Assembly: GCA_030295235.1 (NCBI GenBank)
Contig: AP026127.1
Coordinates: forward strand, 186,001-250,000
DNA length: 64,000 nt
DNA from: Fistulifera solaris
Taxonomy: Eukaryota
Direction of reading: 5' to 3'
This document shows, in pieces, positions 36,540 to 48,463 of this stretch. The notes under the pieces are model-generated. The model was not told the DNA's origin. It was given only the letters and a program-made list of their open reading frames with translations, and did not search any database. Numbering within the stretch: the stretch's first letter is position 1; each line of letters opens with the position of its first letter. The translations under genes and the position numbers were made by a program.

Positions 36540-37694
36540 GATTGGAGGTTGCCTACTTTGTTGGTTTAACAGATCCAAAAGAAAATGAGGTTACAATCAA
36601 CATCAGCTCTTTTCACTTCACTGTGATTTTAGCGCTGCTAATTTGCAATGTTTGATACATCTGTTCGATGTAGACCCTTATATGGAAATAAACTTTTACG
36701 GCTTGACACTGAGTGCGGAGCAAGGTACTTTTCTGGCGACACGACCTCATCCCGCTCGAATAGACTTCATCTCTTGCTCATTTGATGATGGAGGACTTGC
36801 GTTTGTAGAGGCGCTTGAAAAACGTCAATCCTCGTTGGGTTCTCTGACGTTGAGCGGGGATATCTTGCTCAATGAAGATCACATGAAACGACTTCTAAAA
36901 GTTCCCACAATAGACCATTTAAGTCTATCCATGCCAGATTATAAGGATCTAGGCCTTCTTCCTTTTTCAGCGCCAGTAAATTCCCTTTACTATGAAACGA
37001 AATTGACATCCTTGCTGAATGCTGACTTCACAGCATTGCATATCGCAACCAAAAAACTTGTTTTGCGTATCCAATCTGAAGATAGAACCTATCCAACTGA
37101 AGCTTCTCTGTCCTTGTTGCGACGAGTGGCTGAGTTGGGTCATTTTGTGGAGCTGGGATTTGACCTTGACCATTGGGGCTCGCTAGTACGATGGCGTCGG
37201 TTCCCGATTGCATCGCACAAGAACTTATCCGTGCTGCGCTTGCCAATTCCCACTTAAAGTTTCTTTCTTTGAATGATCCGTCATGGGACCTCAAAACATT
37301 GTTTGCGGGTTTGAAAGAACACAAAGAACTTCGTACAATCGGGTTGATGGTGGGCGACGAAGCTTTTGGACCGCATTATTGCTATCTTCGAGAATTACTC
37401 TATACAGATGGCTCAACAATTAAAGTCCTCTACTCTCTCAACCGTTTCTATCGAGGCTCGGTCAATCTAGTGGCGGAGTCACCCAAGGAGCGAGCATCGT
37501 TGGTGAAAACGGCCTTCATGAAGAGTGCATTTAGCAACTTTCAGCGGTCGGCCCTTTGTCGGCACACCACGTCGATGTATTGTGTGAACTTGTGCAGGAT
37601 GCACAGCTGGACGAACTCAATGGAGTTGATTTTGCTTCACGGAAACGACCGCGGCCGCCTTGTGCTGACGAACAAACCTCAGACGAGCTACTAA
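36540..37694 (+). pseudogene. RNI/LRR-like family copy, 5'-truncated, with frameshifts and an internal deletion
   Basis: Starts at EVAYFVGLTDPK immediately after the ankyrin stop; contains CSFDDGGLAFVEALEKRQS, LGHFVEL and LYSLNRFYRGS; lacks the segment between LRELL and YTDG found in the other copies. Confidence 0.75.
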
Positions 37695-38013
37695 ACATGT
37701 AGTATCACTTGATCCTTAGCTCTTCATTTAACAGAAGATTAGACCCTTGCTTCGTTACCGACGATAAGGACAGAGCAAACATTGAGACTTTGATAAGCGA
37801 GGCCCAAAGCATTACGGAGTATATTTTTTATTTTTGGAGTGGCTCCTAGCTCCAGTACCGGTACGATACGTTGTGCAGTGGCCAGCGCATTGCTGGGCGC
37901 GCGTCGTTTGATTGCTTTTTACGTATACTCCGTAGTATTTTTTTCACTTTTTCATTGCGTTTGAAGCGGTTCCTTCCTTATAAGATTATCTTTTCTTTCT
38001 TCCTTTACTAAAC

Positions 38014-39595
38014 ATGTCGACCGAGCATGACGACGACGACGACTCCTTGTTTGCAGTTATTCGGTCCTCCCGTCGCAAGCCCGAGCAAGTGGCTCGATGG
38101 CACCATGCCGGAGAAGTGCCCACCTACAAACTCCTTCGAGATCCTTACAGTCTTTCGGAGCTGAATGGATACGATCACTGTCTCGCCTTCTGGCGTGAAA
38201 ATGAGACTCTAACGTACATACTTCCGCGTGGTGTCCACGACTGGCCAATTTTCGATGATAATCAAAAGCTCTTTCGTTAGAATTTGATGAATCTCATCAA
38301 AGCGGAACAATATACATAGTGGGTAGAAGTGACAAAGCGCTTGCCGACACGACGGCATTTGTGATGGGAATAGAGAAACCTGCAGAGGCTAGCACCTATT
38401 TGTACATTTGCCCTTACAGAGAGCCTGCATATACTTATCCTGCTCTTGGATCTCAGTGCCTAACACGGATATTTGATAAAGCTCCTTCACGTCAAGTGAA
38501 AATCGCCGGTTTCACTCTAAGTGCAGGGCAAACTATGTTCCTGGCCACGAGACCCCATCCTGTACATTTATCATTGTGTTACTGCAAAATTGAAGATGAG
38601 GGGACGGCATTTGTAAATGCACTTGAAAACCGCAAATCGTTATTTGGGTCGTTGGATATAAAATGGTGCCAAACGTTTCACTATGACAATTTAAGACGCA
38701 TCTTACAAGTCGACACCTTGAATCATTTGGAGTTTCCTTTATTAATGAACCCTGGTAAACTTTCGCTCCTTCCTTTTTCTGCACAAGTGGTATCTCTACA
38801 ACATGAAATACATTCCTCGTCGCTGGTGAATGCAGATCTACTTTCTCTGAACATTGTCGCCAAAAACTAATTCTCAGTCTCTTTCTCGATCATAATGACG
38901 GGTTTCTTCACACAAAAGCCGTCCTTTCCTTTCTCCGGTACCTGGGTGAATTGGGACATTTTGTGAAGTTGGGGTTAAGATTTTTTCTTTATGACGGTGT
39001 GGGAACGCCGTTACCGGAATGCGTTCTGCATGAAATAATAAGCACCGCATTGGCAAATAAAAATTTACAAGTCCTTGATCTGGTTAATGACAATAAAGTG
39101 TTGAATTTGGAGCCGCACTTGGAGTCACTTTTCAGTCGCTTGAATGATCACCAGGGACTACGTACAATTAAAGTAATGGTTCGCGATGAAGCATTTGGTC
39201 CGGATTTTTCTCTACTTCGAGTTGTTCTTGAACAGAATAGAAATTTGACAGTGGTCGATGAAGCTGATGCTATCTATGGTGATGAACTCATTGATTCATT
39301 ATACGGTCTTAACTACTTTTATCAAGGTTCGGCTGAGCTTGCGATTGAGCCATCACCAGAACGATCGACGTTGGTGGCGACCGCCCTCGCGGAGAGTGCC
39401 TCTAACAATTTTCAACGCTCTTCTCTTCTTTTATCCGATCACGTGGATGTCTTGTGTGAAATAATCTGGCACGCAGATCTAGATGTGCGCGGCAGAGAGG
39501 GGCCGTCACCGCAACCCAAACAGGGAAACCTTTCGCGACGGAGATCAAGAGAACAATCACCTCGCACTGCAAAGCGTGTATCGAGACGAGAATGA
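38014..39595 (+). CDS. RNI/LRR-like family copy (two breaks at A-runs near 38266 and 38864; probably intact)
   Basis: PEQVARW...PTYKLLRDP...FWRENETLTYI through FQRSSLLLSDHVDVLCE; both breaks are repaired by adding one A to a homopolymer. Confidence 0.75.
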
Positions 39596-40396
39596 TGACA
39601 CCACAATCTACTTCTAGCAACCTTTCTGTTATACTGTCAGTGCTGTTGTGAATGCCCTTCGTTCTTTGGGTGCGAAATTGACCTGCTCTCGCGCGTGACA
39701 CGAGACGCAACAAATTGGAATCAACTTGATCGTGGCTAATTTCTTGGTTGGAGCTCCCGATGGTTTGACTTGATTTGAGCATGATGAAGCAGCACGCTCC
39801 TCGTCCGCTCCAAAAAGTTTCATCACATCACCGTGAAGTCTTCCATCAACTTCGTAAGCCTCTTCTCTTTTCTTTCTTTCGGTCGCAAGAGACTAAGTGT
39901 GACGAAAATTATTTTTAAATTTCATCAAGATACTTGCACATTTATAACGACGCTTATAGTGCACCCTTTACATAACGTAAGAGACATGGGCAAGAGAGCG
40001 CATCAATTAATTTCACTTGTTTATACATAGATTTATCAGTCGTGACGGGACTGATTTTTTGTCTGTCTGGAATCCGTTTGCAGCGCAAACACGATCACAG
40101 TTCGATTTTCTTCGCGGTTCATTCTTCATTACAAAGTATTTATCAATAAGATGCCACGTATGCTTTGTACGTTACTATGATGACTATGATTGTAGCCCCT
40201 TCGGGATTAGACTACCGGGGGAGGGAGAGGCCGAGGCGCAAAAAAATGCTACATGCGATCTTCTTTCGAAACAGAAGATTTACTCTTCTCTCTGTCCTTG
40301 CTTTGATCACAATACGCTAGCTACCCTTCGTTGCAATCCTTTGCACGCCCTTCTACTTCTCATTCGCTTCGTAGTTTTCGTTGCTTACCGATCAAG

Positions 40397-41954
40397 ATGG
40401 GAAAGAAGTCAAAGAAGAAGTCGAAAACGAGTAAAAAGCGAGGTCCTTTATTCGAGGAGATTGCCTCTTGTACGCCCGAGCAAGTGGCTTGCTGGGTGAA
40501 CGTGGAAAGCGCTCCTACGTACAGGCTTTTGCGGAGACCCGTCAATCTCGATGAGCTGAATCCGTATGGACGCCCGTTAGCAATTTGGCGGGAGAACGAG
40601 ACCCTTACGTATATCTCCCCGCGCGGTACAGACTGCAAGCCGAAACGTCGCGGGCATAGCTTACTTCTAAAGTATTTTGGCTTGGGTATGGATATTTACA
40701 TCGTCGGCAATACAGAAGACGCGGTAGCCGAAACAGCCGCTTTACTCATGAGCTTGGAGGAACCGACAGAGGATAGCATGTCAGCTGAGCTTTTCATCGG
40801 TTCGGGTCATATTATACCCGTCGATTTTCAAGCTGCTGGGTCCCAGTGTCTAGCGCACATGCTTGACGCTGACCCGGACCGTTTCGTACGCCTTTTTAAT
40901 CTAAAGCTGAATGTAGAGCAGTCCGCAGTCCTGGCGACAGCATCTCATACTATTGAACTGGAATTGAGTCGATGCCGGTTTGAGGATGGGGGCACTACCT
41001 TTGTCGACAAACTTGAGGAGCGTGCGTCCGATTTTGGCTCACTGTTTTTCGAAGAAGAAATTTTTCTAAGTGACGAGAATTTGAAGCGTCTCCTCGCAGT
41101 TGACAGGATCGGGTCCTTGTTTCTACCTTTATTGGATAATGACGAGCTTGCTTTAGCGGCTTTTTCTGCAAGAGCGAAGTTTCTTGACTACGACATTTCT
41201 TCGACGCAACTAGGGAAAGCCACCTTTGCTTTTTTTCGACGTTGTGACTACCCAACTCTCGCTTCGGATCAAACACGACGGTCATACTTTTCCAACTGAT
41301 GTAATGGTTCCTTTTTGGCGGCGCATTGCTGCCTTGGGACATTTTGTGCACATGAGTATACAAATCGAATTGGATGCTAATGCGCATCATGTAGTGGTTC
41401 CCGCTTGCATTCTACAAGAAATTCTCCGCGCCGTGGTCGCGAATCGTAACTTGGAGTGCCTCGCTTTGTTTGATAGGGACTCTCAAGTGTATTTGGAGCC
41501 ACACTTGGCTACGTTGTTCGACGGTTTGAAAGATCATCAACGACTCCGTAGTCTCAGACTATTTGTCGAAGAAACAGAGTCGTTCGGTCCTAATTTTTCT
41601 TTTCTTCGGCAATTTCTTTCTCACAACAAACACATTAGGGTGACCGATGAAGACGGAAATTACTATACAGATGGGAAAATCATCGAAGAGATCTATTCTT
41701 TGAACGCTTTCTATCGCGATTCGGCAAAACTTGCAGTTCAGCCAGCACCGGAGCGACCGCTACTCGTAGTGACCGCCCTGATGAGGAGTGCCTCGAAAGA
41801 TATAAAGCGTTCTGCTCTATTGTTGACGGATCATGTTGATGTGTTGCGTGAACTGGTTCAGTTTGCAATTCTCGGTGGTGGAGAGAGTTTCTCTTTGCAA
41901 GCTCTTGGAGATGACATTCTGAAGCGCAAACTCAACCGAAAGACTCGAAAGTGA
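40397..41954 (+). CDS. RNI/LRR-like family copy with Lys-rich N-terminus (break near T-run 41230)
   Basis: MGKKSKKKSK..., CTPEQVACW, IWRENETLTYISPR, CRFEDGGTTFV, LGHFV, RSALLLTDHVDVL. Confidence 0.78.
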
Positions 41955-42380
41955 CGACAACGTAACGCGAATCGAAAGTAAGGAGCCCGACGATTTCCAT
42001 ATAATGTTACGCCGTAGTATGATTTAGTTTTAGTTTCTACTTTACTTTCTATAATGATAATAATGCCGATCGCTTGACGTCTCAACCAAAACATATCACA
42101 AGGTAACATTATTCTGGCGCCGGTCAGAATTGCTCTGCCTTCGGTTAGCGTCGAGATCTTGTAGAGTTGCTCTAGTGCGCGAGGTGAAATAAAAAATACG
42201 GAGTTCCGTGTCATGCATAGTTTAGTACCGGTAAGATTTTGTGAAGAGATTATTTCAATTCGCGTTTCGTTGCTGCGATAGCGACGAAGACGAAAGATAT
42301 CGCTTTCACATTCGTCATTGCATTTTTATGTATCTCAATTGAGGGTTTCAAGTTGCATTATTCTTCTCTTTCTCAAGACG

Positions 42381-43760
42381 ATGTCGTCCGATAACAGCTC
42401 CCCATTAGTCGAAGAGATCCCCGCCTCCTTATGCACGTCTGAACAAGTAGTTAACTGGTCCGAATATGGATTGCGCGATCCTGTCGATCTGGACGAGCTC
42501 CTTGACTACAAACACGGCCTGGCTATTTGTCACGAAAACGAGACTATCACGTGTATCTCACCACGCGGCTATGGTGAAATACCTCTATTAAATGGTGACC
42601 GGGATTCCTTATTGCTCGAATTCGGTGAAACAAATCCATCGATGGAAATTGTCGGAGAGACGGACGAAGATATCGTAAAAAACTGCTGAAGGCAGGCGGT
42701 AATTTCGCAACGCGCCTCGGACTCGATGGCTGTGATTTTCGCGGCGCTGGAACCCAAATTTTGTCTCGTATGTTTGACGTTTGCCCTTTTCGGAAAGTGG
42801 AGTTCTCCAACATAGAACTAAACGCTGCGCAAACTACCATTCTGGCTAAAAGATTTCATTCGATCCTGCAGCTTTGACGATGGGGGAACTGCTTTCATGG
42901 ACGCTCTTGAGAGCTGTCAATCAATACTGGGCTCATTGTTGTTCTAGAGCCCTCCGTTGAATGACGAGAACATGAGGCGCTTGCTACAAATCAATACCAT
43001 AGATCACTTGTTTATATCGTTGTGGCGTGCAGAAGAGCTCGCTCTCCTTCCGTTTACCGCTCAGGTGGAGTCGCTCAGCTATGAATTTTCCGCGTCATCG
43101 CTTTCGGAAGCCGATGTGCAGTCTCTGCATATTGTAGCCAGGAAATTTTCTTTTGTTTTACAACAAGAAAGAGACGAGAGGACTTTCCCGACAGAAGCTG
43201 CGATCCTTTTCCTCTCGCGCCTGGCTGAACTAAGGCATTTCGTTGAGCTGATGGTTGGTTTTCGCTGGCCTGGTCAACGCAGAATTTCACGGGTTCCTCA
43301 ACCTGTTGTGCATGAAGTAATTCGCGTTGCTCTTGCAAATTTCAAATTAATGGTCTTTGATCTGAGTGACGACCATTTGGACTGGGGAATGGACCTAGAA
43401 ACGCTGTGCAACGGCTTGAAAGACCACAAGAATTGCGTGCATTAAAAGTGTATGTCCGTGATGGCGCGTTTGGTCCAAATTACTCTCACCTTCGACAGTT
43501 TTTATCGCAAAAACGGAATATCACAGTAATGAATGGAAGGGGTACGATCTATTCCGACGGAAATCATGTTGACAAGCTATATTCGCTAAATGCTTTTTTT
43601 TCGGGGCTCGGCGGATCCGTCAGTAAAGCCATCACCTGAGAGACCGTTGCTGTTTGCCACTGCTTTGTTGGAGAGTGCCTGGAGTGACTTTCAGCGCTCT
43701 GCTCTATTGTTAACAGACCATGCTGATGTATTGTTGGAGACGTTGCAATGTGCCCATTAG
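42381..43760 (+). pseudogene. Decayed RNI/LRR-like family copy
   Basis: Family motifs persist across four or more fragments, with in-frame stops, frameshifts and deletions (e.g. the PTYRL segment is missing). Confidence 0.75.
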
Positions 43761-43779
43761 CTTAAGAGAAGTTTTAGTC

Positions 43780-44000
43780 TTGCAATTCAGCCACTCGAGG
43801 AGCGACCTTTGCTAAAGTGGCAACATCCTTGGTGAAGAGTGCACTTGACGAATTTTCAGCGCTTTTTGCTGCTCGCGCGCCATGCTGATGTATTGTGCAG
43901 ACTAACTCAGGATGCTGAACGGGATGCAATGACGAATTCACTGAAACGGATGCGCGATTGTACGTGACGCGACGTCGGCGTGACGCGAAACGAAAGTATA
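43780..44000 (+). pseudogene. Isolated C-terminal fragment of the RNI/LRR-like family
   Basis: GAGCGACCTTTGCT...AAGAGTGCA...TTTCAGCGCT...CATGCTGATGTATTG repeats the family C-terminus. It ends in CGTGACGCGAAACGAAAGTA, similar to CGTAACGCGAATCGAAAGTA at 41961. Confidence 0.65.
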
Positions 44001-44503
44001 CGCTTGTGACCATCGTCTATCGAAACTTCTATGCAGTTCACCTAATTATCATGAAAGCTGTTGTCATAGAGAACAGACGTCTACTGTAATCATGTGTGAA
44101 AGGTATCCGCGGAGGTGAACTAAACACTAAACGTGTAGAAAGAATAGTAAGGGTAACTCAGCCTTAAACTTACGACTCTCGAGTAACGAGGCCATGGACA
44201 AGATTCGGTAGTCTGATACGTTATCCAGACACGTTCCTGAATCCAGATGTTGAGCTTTGGCGATTCGAAATACTGGTAGAGCCTAGAGTACACCACTTCA
44301 AAAACTGTGAATGATCTTAGGTCTTAGGGGCGAACGCGGACTAGTTTTGCCGTGGGCCGTGGTTCACGAACTGGTACCCTTTAACCTTAAAAAGAATGAG
44401 GGAAGTCTCGCATTTTTTTTATAAAACGCAGCAGCAGCAGCGCCGCATTTATTTTCTCAAAAGACAAATCATTTATTCCTTTTGCTTCTCTTGCGCTAGG
44501 ATC

Positions 44504-46060
44504 ATGGAAAACGAAAGCCGAGGACCTTTGCTGGTAGAAATTCCATCTGCCGACTGCAAGCCTGAGCAAGTGGCGCGCTGGAATCAAGGGAGAGAAACGC
44601 CCACGTTCCGGCTCCTTCGTGATCCTATGAATTTGGAAGAGCTGAATGAATTGGAAAGTTGCGTGGCGATCTGGCGAGACAACGAGACTTTGACATACGT
44701 CGCGCCGAAAAATCTGTTTGGTCGTTCATTATTCGAAGCTAAGGAAGACTCCTTGTTCATTCCATTCTATGACATCGAGTTGAAATTAGAAATTGTCGGT
44801 AAAGCGGACTATGCCATTGCAGAAACAGCTGCGTATTTCGTGGGTTTGACAGACTCAACAAAGACAAGCGCTTCACAAGTCGCCCTTTACTACAACAGTC
44901 TGAAAAATAATGAGCTCGATTTTATAGCTGCTGGATCACACTGTTTTTCTCAGGTGTTAAGGCTCCCATCAAGTGAATTATCACTCTTTAATTTGACACT
45001 GAGCCCATCGCAATCCGAAACGTTGGCGGAAGAATCTCATCCTGTGCAAGTGAGTTTTCTCAACTGTGTCCTTGAAGATGGTGGAACCTCGTTAATTAAT
45101 GCGCTTGAACACCGTCAATCTAAATTCGGTTCTCTGGGGATTGATGAGAGAACGACGTTAACAGATGAGAATCTAGACCGGCTCTTACAGTTGGATGTTA
45201 TAGACCATCTATCTCTACCCTTGTTGGATCCTGAGGAACGCGCTCTTCGTGCTTTTGCCGTTCAGGTAGAGTCTTTGAAGTACGCGATATGGTTGCCGAC
45301 GCTGTTGAAAGCGGATTTTCAGTCGTTTCAGGTTGTGGCGAAAAAACTCGATTTGAATATCGAATATGGAGGCGAGACAATTCCAACTGAAGCGACGCTT
45401 TCATTTTTGCAGCGCTTGGCTACTTTGGGTCATTTTGAGGAGCTAAGACTAGCTTTCTATTTGGACGGGGACACGGTAGCACCCGAATGTTTATACGAAG
45501 CAATTATGCACGTAGCGCTCGCAAACTCTAACTTGAAAGTCCTTGACTTGACCGATTCTTATTTGGATTGGGGATTGCGCATGGAAATGGTGTTCGAGTC
45601 CCTGCAAGATCACAAAGGACTTTCTCAAATCAAAGTATCTGTAGAAGATGAAGAGCACACGTTCGGTCCCGATTTCGTCTTTCTTCGACAGTTCTTGAGT
45701 CGCAACAGAAACGTCATTGTTACAGATGCGAGTGGGTGCGTCTTTACAGACGAGGAATCCATTGACGAGCTTTACGCCCTAAACCGTTTCTATCAAGGCT
45801 CGTCTGCTTTATTGATGGATCCACCTTTGGAGCGACTATCGTTGGTCGCGACTACTTTGCTAGAAGCCGCTTTAAGCGATTTCCAGCGCTCAGCTCTCTT
45901 GTTTTCAAATCATGTTGATTTATTGTGTCAGATCGTCCAAGCTGCAGGGCTAGATGATGCCGATGGACCAATTTTCGATACGCAACCTCCTCAGAGTGAC
46001 GTTTCGAAACGGACACGAGAAACTCAGTTTCTCGAACGAAGTGCAAAGCAGAAAATTTGA
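44504..46060 (+). CDS. RNI/LRR-like family copy, intact
   Basis: Single uninterrupted ORF with all family motifs. Confidence 0.85.
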   Translation: MENESRGPLLVEIPSADCKPEQVARWNQGRETPTFRLLRDPMNLEELNELESCVAIWRDNETLTYVAPKNLFGRSLFEAKEDSLFIPFYDIELKLEIVGKADYAIAETAAYFVGLTDSTKTSASQVALYYNSLKNNELDFIAAGSHCFSQVLRLPSSELSLFNLTLSPSQSETLAEESHPVQVSFLNCVLEDGGTSLINALEHRQSKFGSLGIDERTTLTDENLDRLLQLDVIDHLSLPLLDPEERALRAFAVQVESLKYAIWLPTLLKADFQSFQVVAKKLDLNIEYGGETIPTEATLSFLQRLATLGHFEELRLAFYLDGDTVAPECLYEAIMHVALANSNLKVLDLTDSYLDWGLRMEMVFESLQDHKGLSQIKVSVEDEEHTFGPDFVFLRQFLSRNRNVIVTDASGCVFTDEESIDELYALNRFYQGSSALLMDPPLERLSLVATTLLEAALSDFQRSALLFSNHVDLLCQIVQAAGLDDADGPIFDTQPPQSDVSKRTRETQFLERSAKQKI

Positions 46061-46472
46061 TTATCCTTTGCTCGAATGAATGAATTTGATATTTGTGTTT
46101 TTAAAGATTGACTTTTTAGAAGATTGTGATGAATTAAAGAAAGGCTTCGCCCTTTAACAGCCGATTCCTCGTAGTTTCTTTGCATGAGCGTTCCCCAAGC
46201 GAGTATATCCTCAATAGTTGTGGCGCTTGCTCTGATGAAGCTCTTACAATGAGTGCATGACACAATCGTTTCGGAAAACGGTATTCAAATCAGTCTTCGT
46301 CCCATTTCAAGAACTAATTGAGACTTTGACAAAGGGAATTAACTTCCTCCAATCGAATTGTGTACCATGTTGTGACTCTTTGCAAATCTTCCTCCGTCGG
46401 CCGTCCGTGATACACACTGCTAGGCGAACGTAGCATGCAAGCAAAGTTGCATCCTTTCTGATGCACAGCGCA

Positions 46473-47246
46473 TCAAAGTGTCATTTGCCACGAAACGTCG
46501 GTTCCGATTTGTGCAATCGACAAGACCGTTCCGCGGGGCGAAATCCCTTCACAAGCCACTCGTACTTGTTCCGTCAACGAGTCTGAGTCGGATGATGAGC
46601 GCCATTGACGAAGAATATCGGCACTGTGCCTTCCGATCGCCACGACTGGTTGATCCGGCTCCATGATGCCACCCGATGGCTCGATCGCACACAGCTGCTT
46701 CTGTTCAATAAGAATACTTTGCACACCCAACGGACGTCCCCAGCGCTCCAACTCGAGCCATCGCGTGTGTTGCCATGGGTTGGAATCGTCGGGAATTCCC
46801 CAAAAGACGGCCCGATACAACGACGACAAGCGTTGTGCCCATCCGGCACCCGACGATCCGTACCGCACTTGCATCTGCAGATGCAGTTGCCTCAATTTGT
46901 CAATCAACCACCGCGCATCGGCTTGAACGCCGCTGCACAACAAGAAGGTATTCGGTGTGATGGTATGGACTACGGCTAGAGGACGTTGACGTCGATGCGG
47001 CGATGTGGTGGCCACGGAAACGATGTGAATGGTTTCGTTCGCGTGTTTCACCGCCAATATCAAAGTTCCGTGTTGCAACGCCGCTTGTTTCGCGTGCTGC
47101 AATTGTTTCGACTGCCCATTTTCGTCAAGTGCACGAATCGATTCGTATCGGGATGGCGTTGTCGCAGCACTGGATGATGCCGATGCTAAGGCGAGGAGGA
47201 GCAGAAAGCATTGCAGAAGAAAGATAGAGGCGCAAGCTATTTTCAT
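46473..47246 (-). CDS. Divergent 20S proteasome alpha-subunit-like protein with N-terminal signal peptide
   Basis: SRYESIRALDENGQSKQLQHAKQAALQHGTLILAVK resembles the alpha-subunit N-terminal signature; SGVQADARWL, GRPLGV, IEPSG, AIGRHS are Ntn-fold motifs. Confidence 0.72.
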   Translation of the reverse strand: MKIACASIFLLQCFLLLLALASASSSAATTPSRYESIRALDENGQSKQLQHAKQAALQHGTLILAVKHANETIHIVSVATTSPHRRQRPLAVVHTITPNTFLLCSGVQADARWLIDKLRQLHLQMQVRYGSSGAGWAQRLSSLYRAVFWGIPDDSNPWQHTRWLELERWGRPLGVQSILIEQKQLCAIEPSGGIMEPDQPVVAIGRHSADILRQWRSSSDSDSLTEQVRVACEGISPRGTVLSIAQIGTDVSWQMTL

Positions 47247-48463
47247 GGTCTTTTTTCTCTGTGTATACTTCCGTCGCTGAACAAAGTTCTACTATCCTAA
47301 TCAATTGAAGAAACGAATCAATTTGCAGCTTGTATACAACAAAACAAACTTGTTGTGATTTTGCTTGATGCGATTGCGATAAAATGGCGCAAAATCCTCA
47401 TGACGGCAAACGCGGGTTGCGCTGCGTCATCTTTTTTCATTTTTTATATAGAATTGTCATGCCATAGCGGTACCTGAACTATAGTTACAAAGTGTGTCAG
47501 ACGTTTCGTTGTATTTGGCCTACGTTATTATTTTAGTTCTTGTTGCAATGCAAAAATCGATCAATCATTTGAATCGGTCGTTCCTCTGGAGGACTAAACA
47601 CCTAATAGCAGTATCTTATGCATCAGCTATTGGGTGTATTAAATTTTAATTTCTCGGAAAACCTCCCGGAAATCCATGGAGGGCTGAAAGATATTGTCCC
47701 CATAGATTGTCGACAAGCGGAAACACACGACAATCAATTTTCGCACTTCGTTGAGTTCGACCATGAATCTAAACGGGTTCGACGTTCGTCTCGCTAGAGT
47801 CATGCGCAACCAAACGATTAACACCTTGATAGACGTTGCAGTAGTTCCGGGCATTTTACGGGATGAGAACTTAAACATTCTTATGCCGCTACGGCAAAGG
47901 AAGTTCTACTATTTTTGAATGCAACACGGTGATGATTCATTCGAGAGCCAACGACTTCTCTCTAGCCTATCGCATTGCGTGGCGAACCTGTCCATGACTT
48001 CGTTTTCGACCCATCTCCTAAAGTTGATCGATGCATCAATGCAGAGAGGAATCGATCCGCTTGCGTCTTAATACTGGTCGGCGACCCCGGTGTCGGCCGG
48101 GAGGCGCCAGAGGCGTCTTCCTTGAATTATGCCATCGACTGGATTCCTGTTCGACGACTTCGAAGCTGGAATGTAAATTAGCTGACAACGACGACCTTGG
48201 AGGTCGCCCTTTGGCTGGTGCATTTAGCGAGAATGCGGGCAGGCGATACAAGTCAGATCATTTGATTGGATATCAGAAAAAGGTTTTCTCTATTATGCTC
48301 ACGAAAATTCCGAGATGCTTCTTTGGAATTCGGATTAACTGTCGGCGAAATGTGCCTTTGCATCAAAACCGGAAGCGCCGTGATTTTACGAGGAACTTCG
48401 TGTCGTACGACTTTTCTGCACCGTCATTATTTCTCTTCGATCGATGCTGTACATTTCACGATA

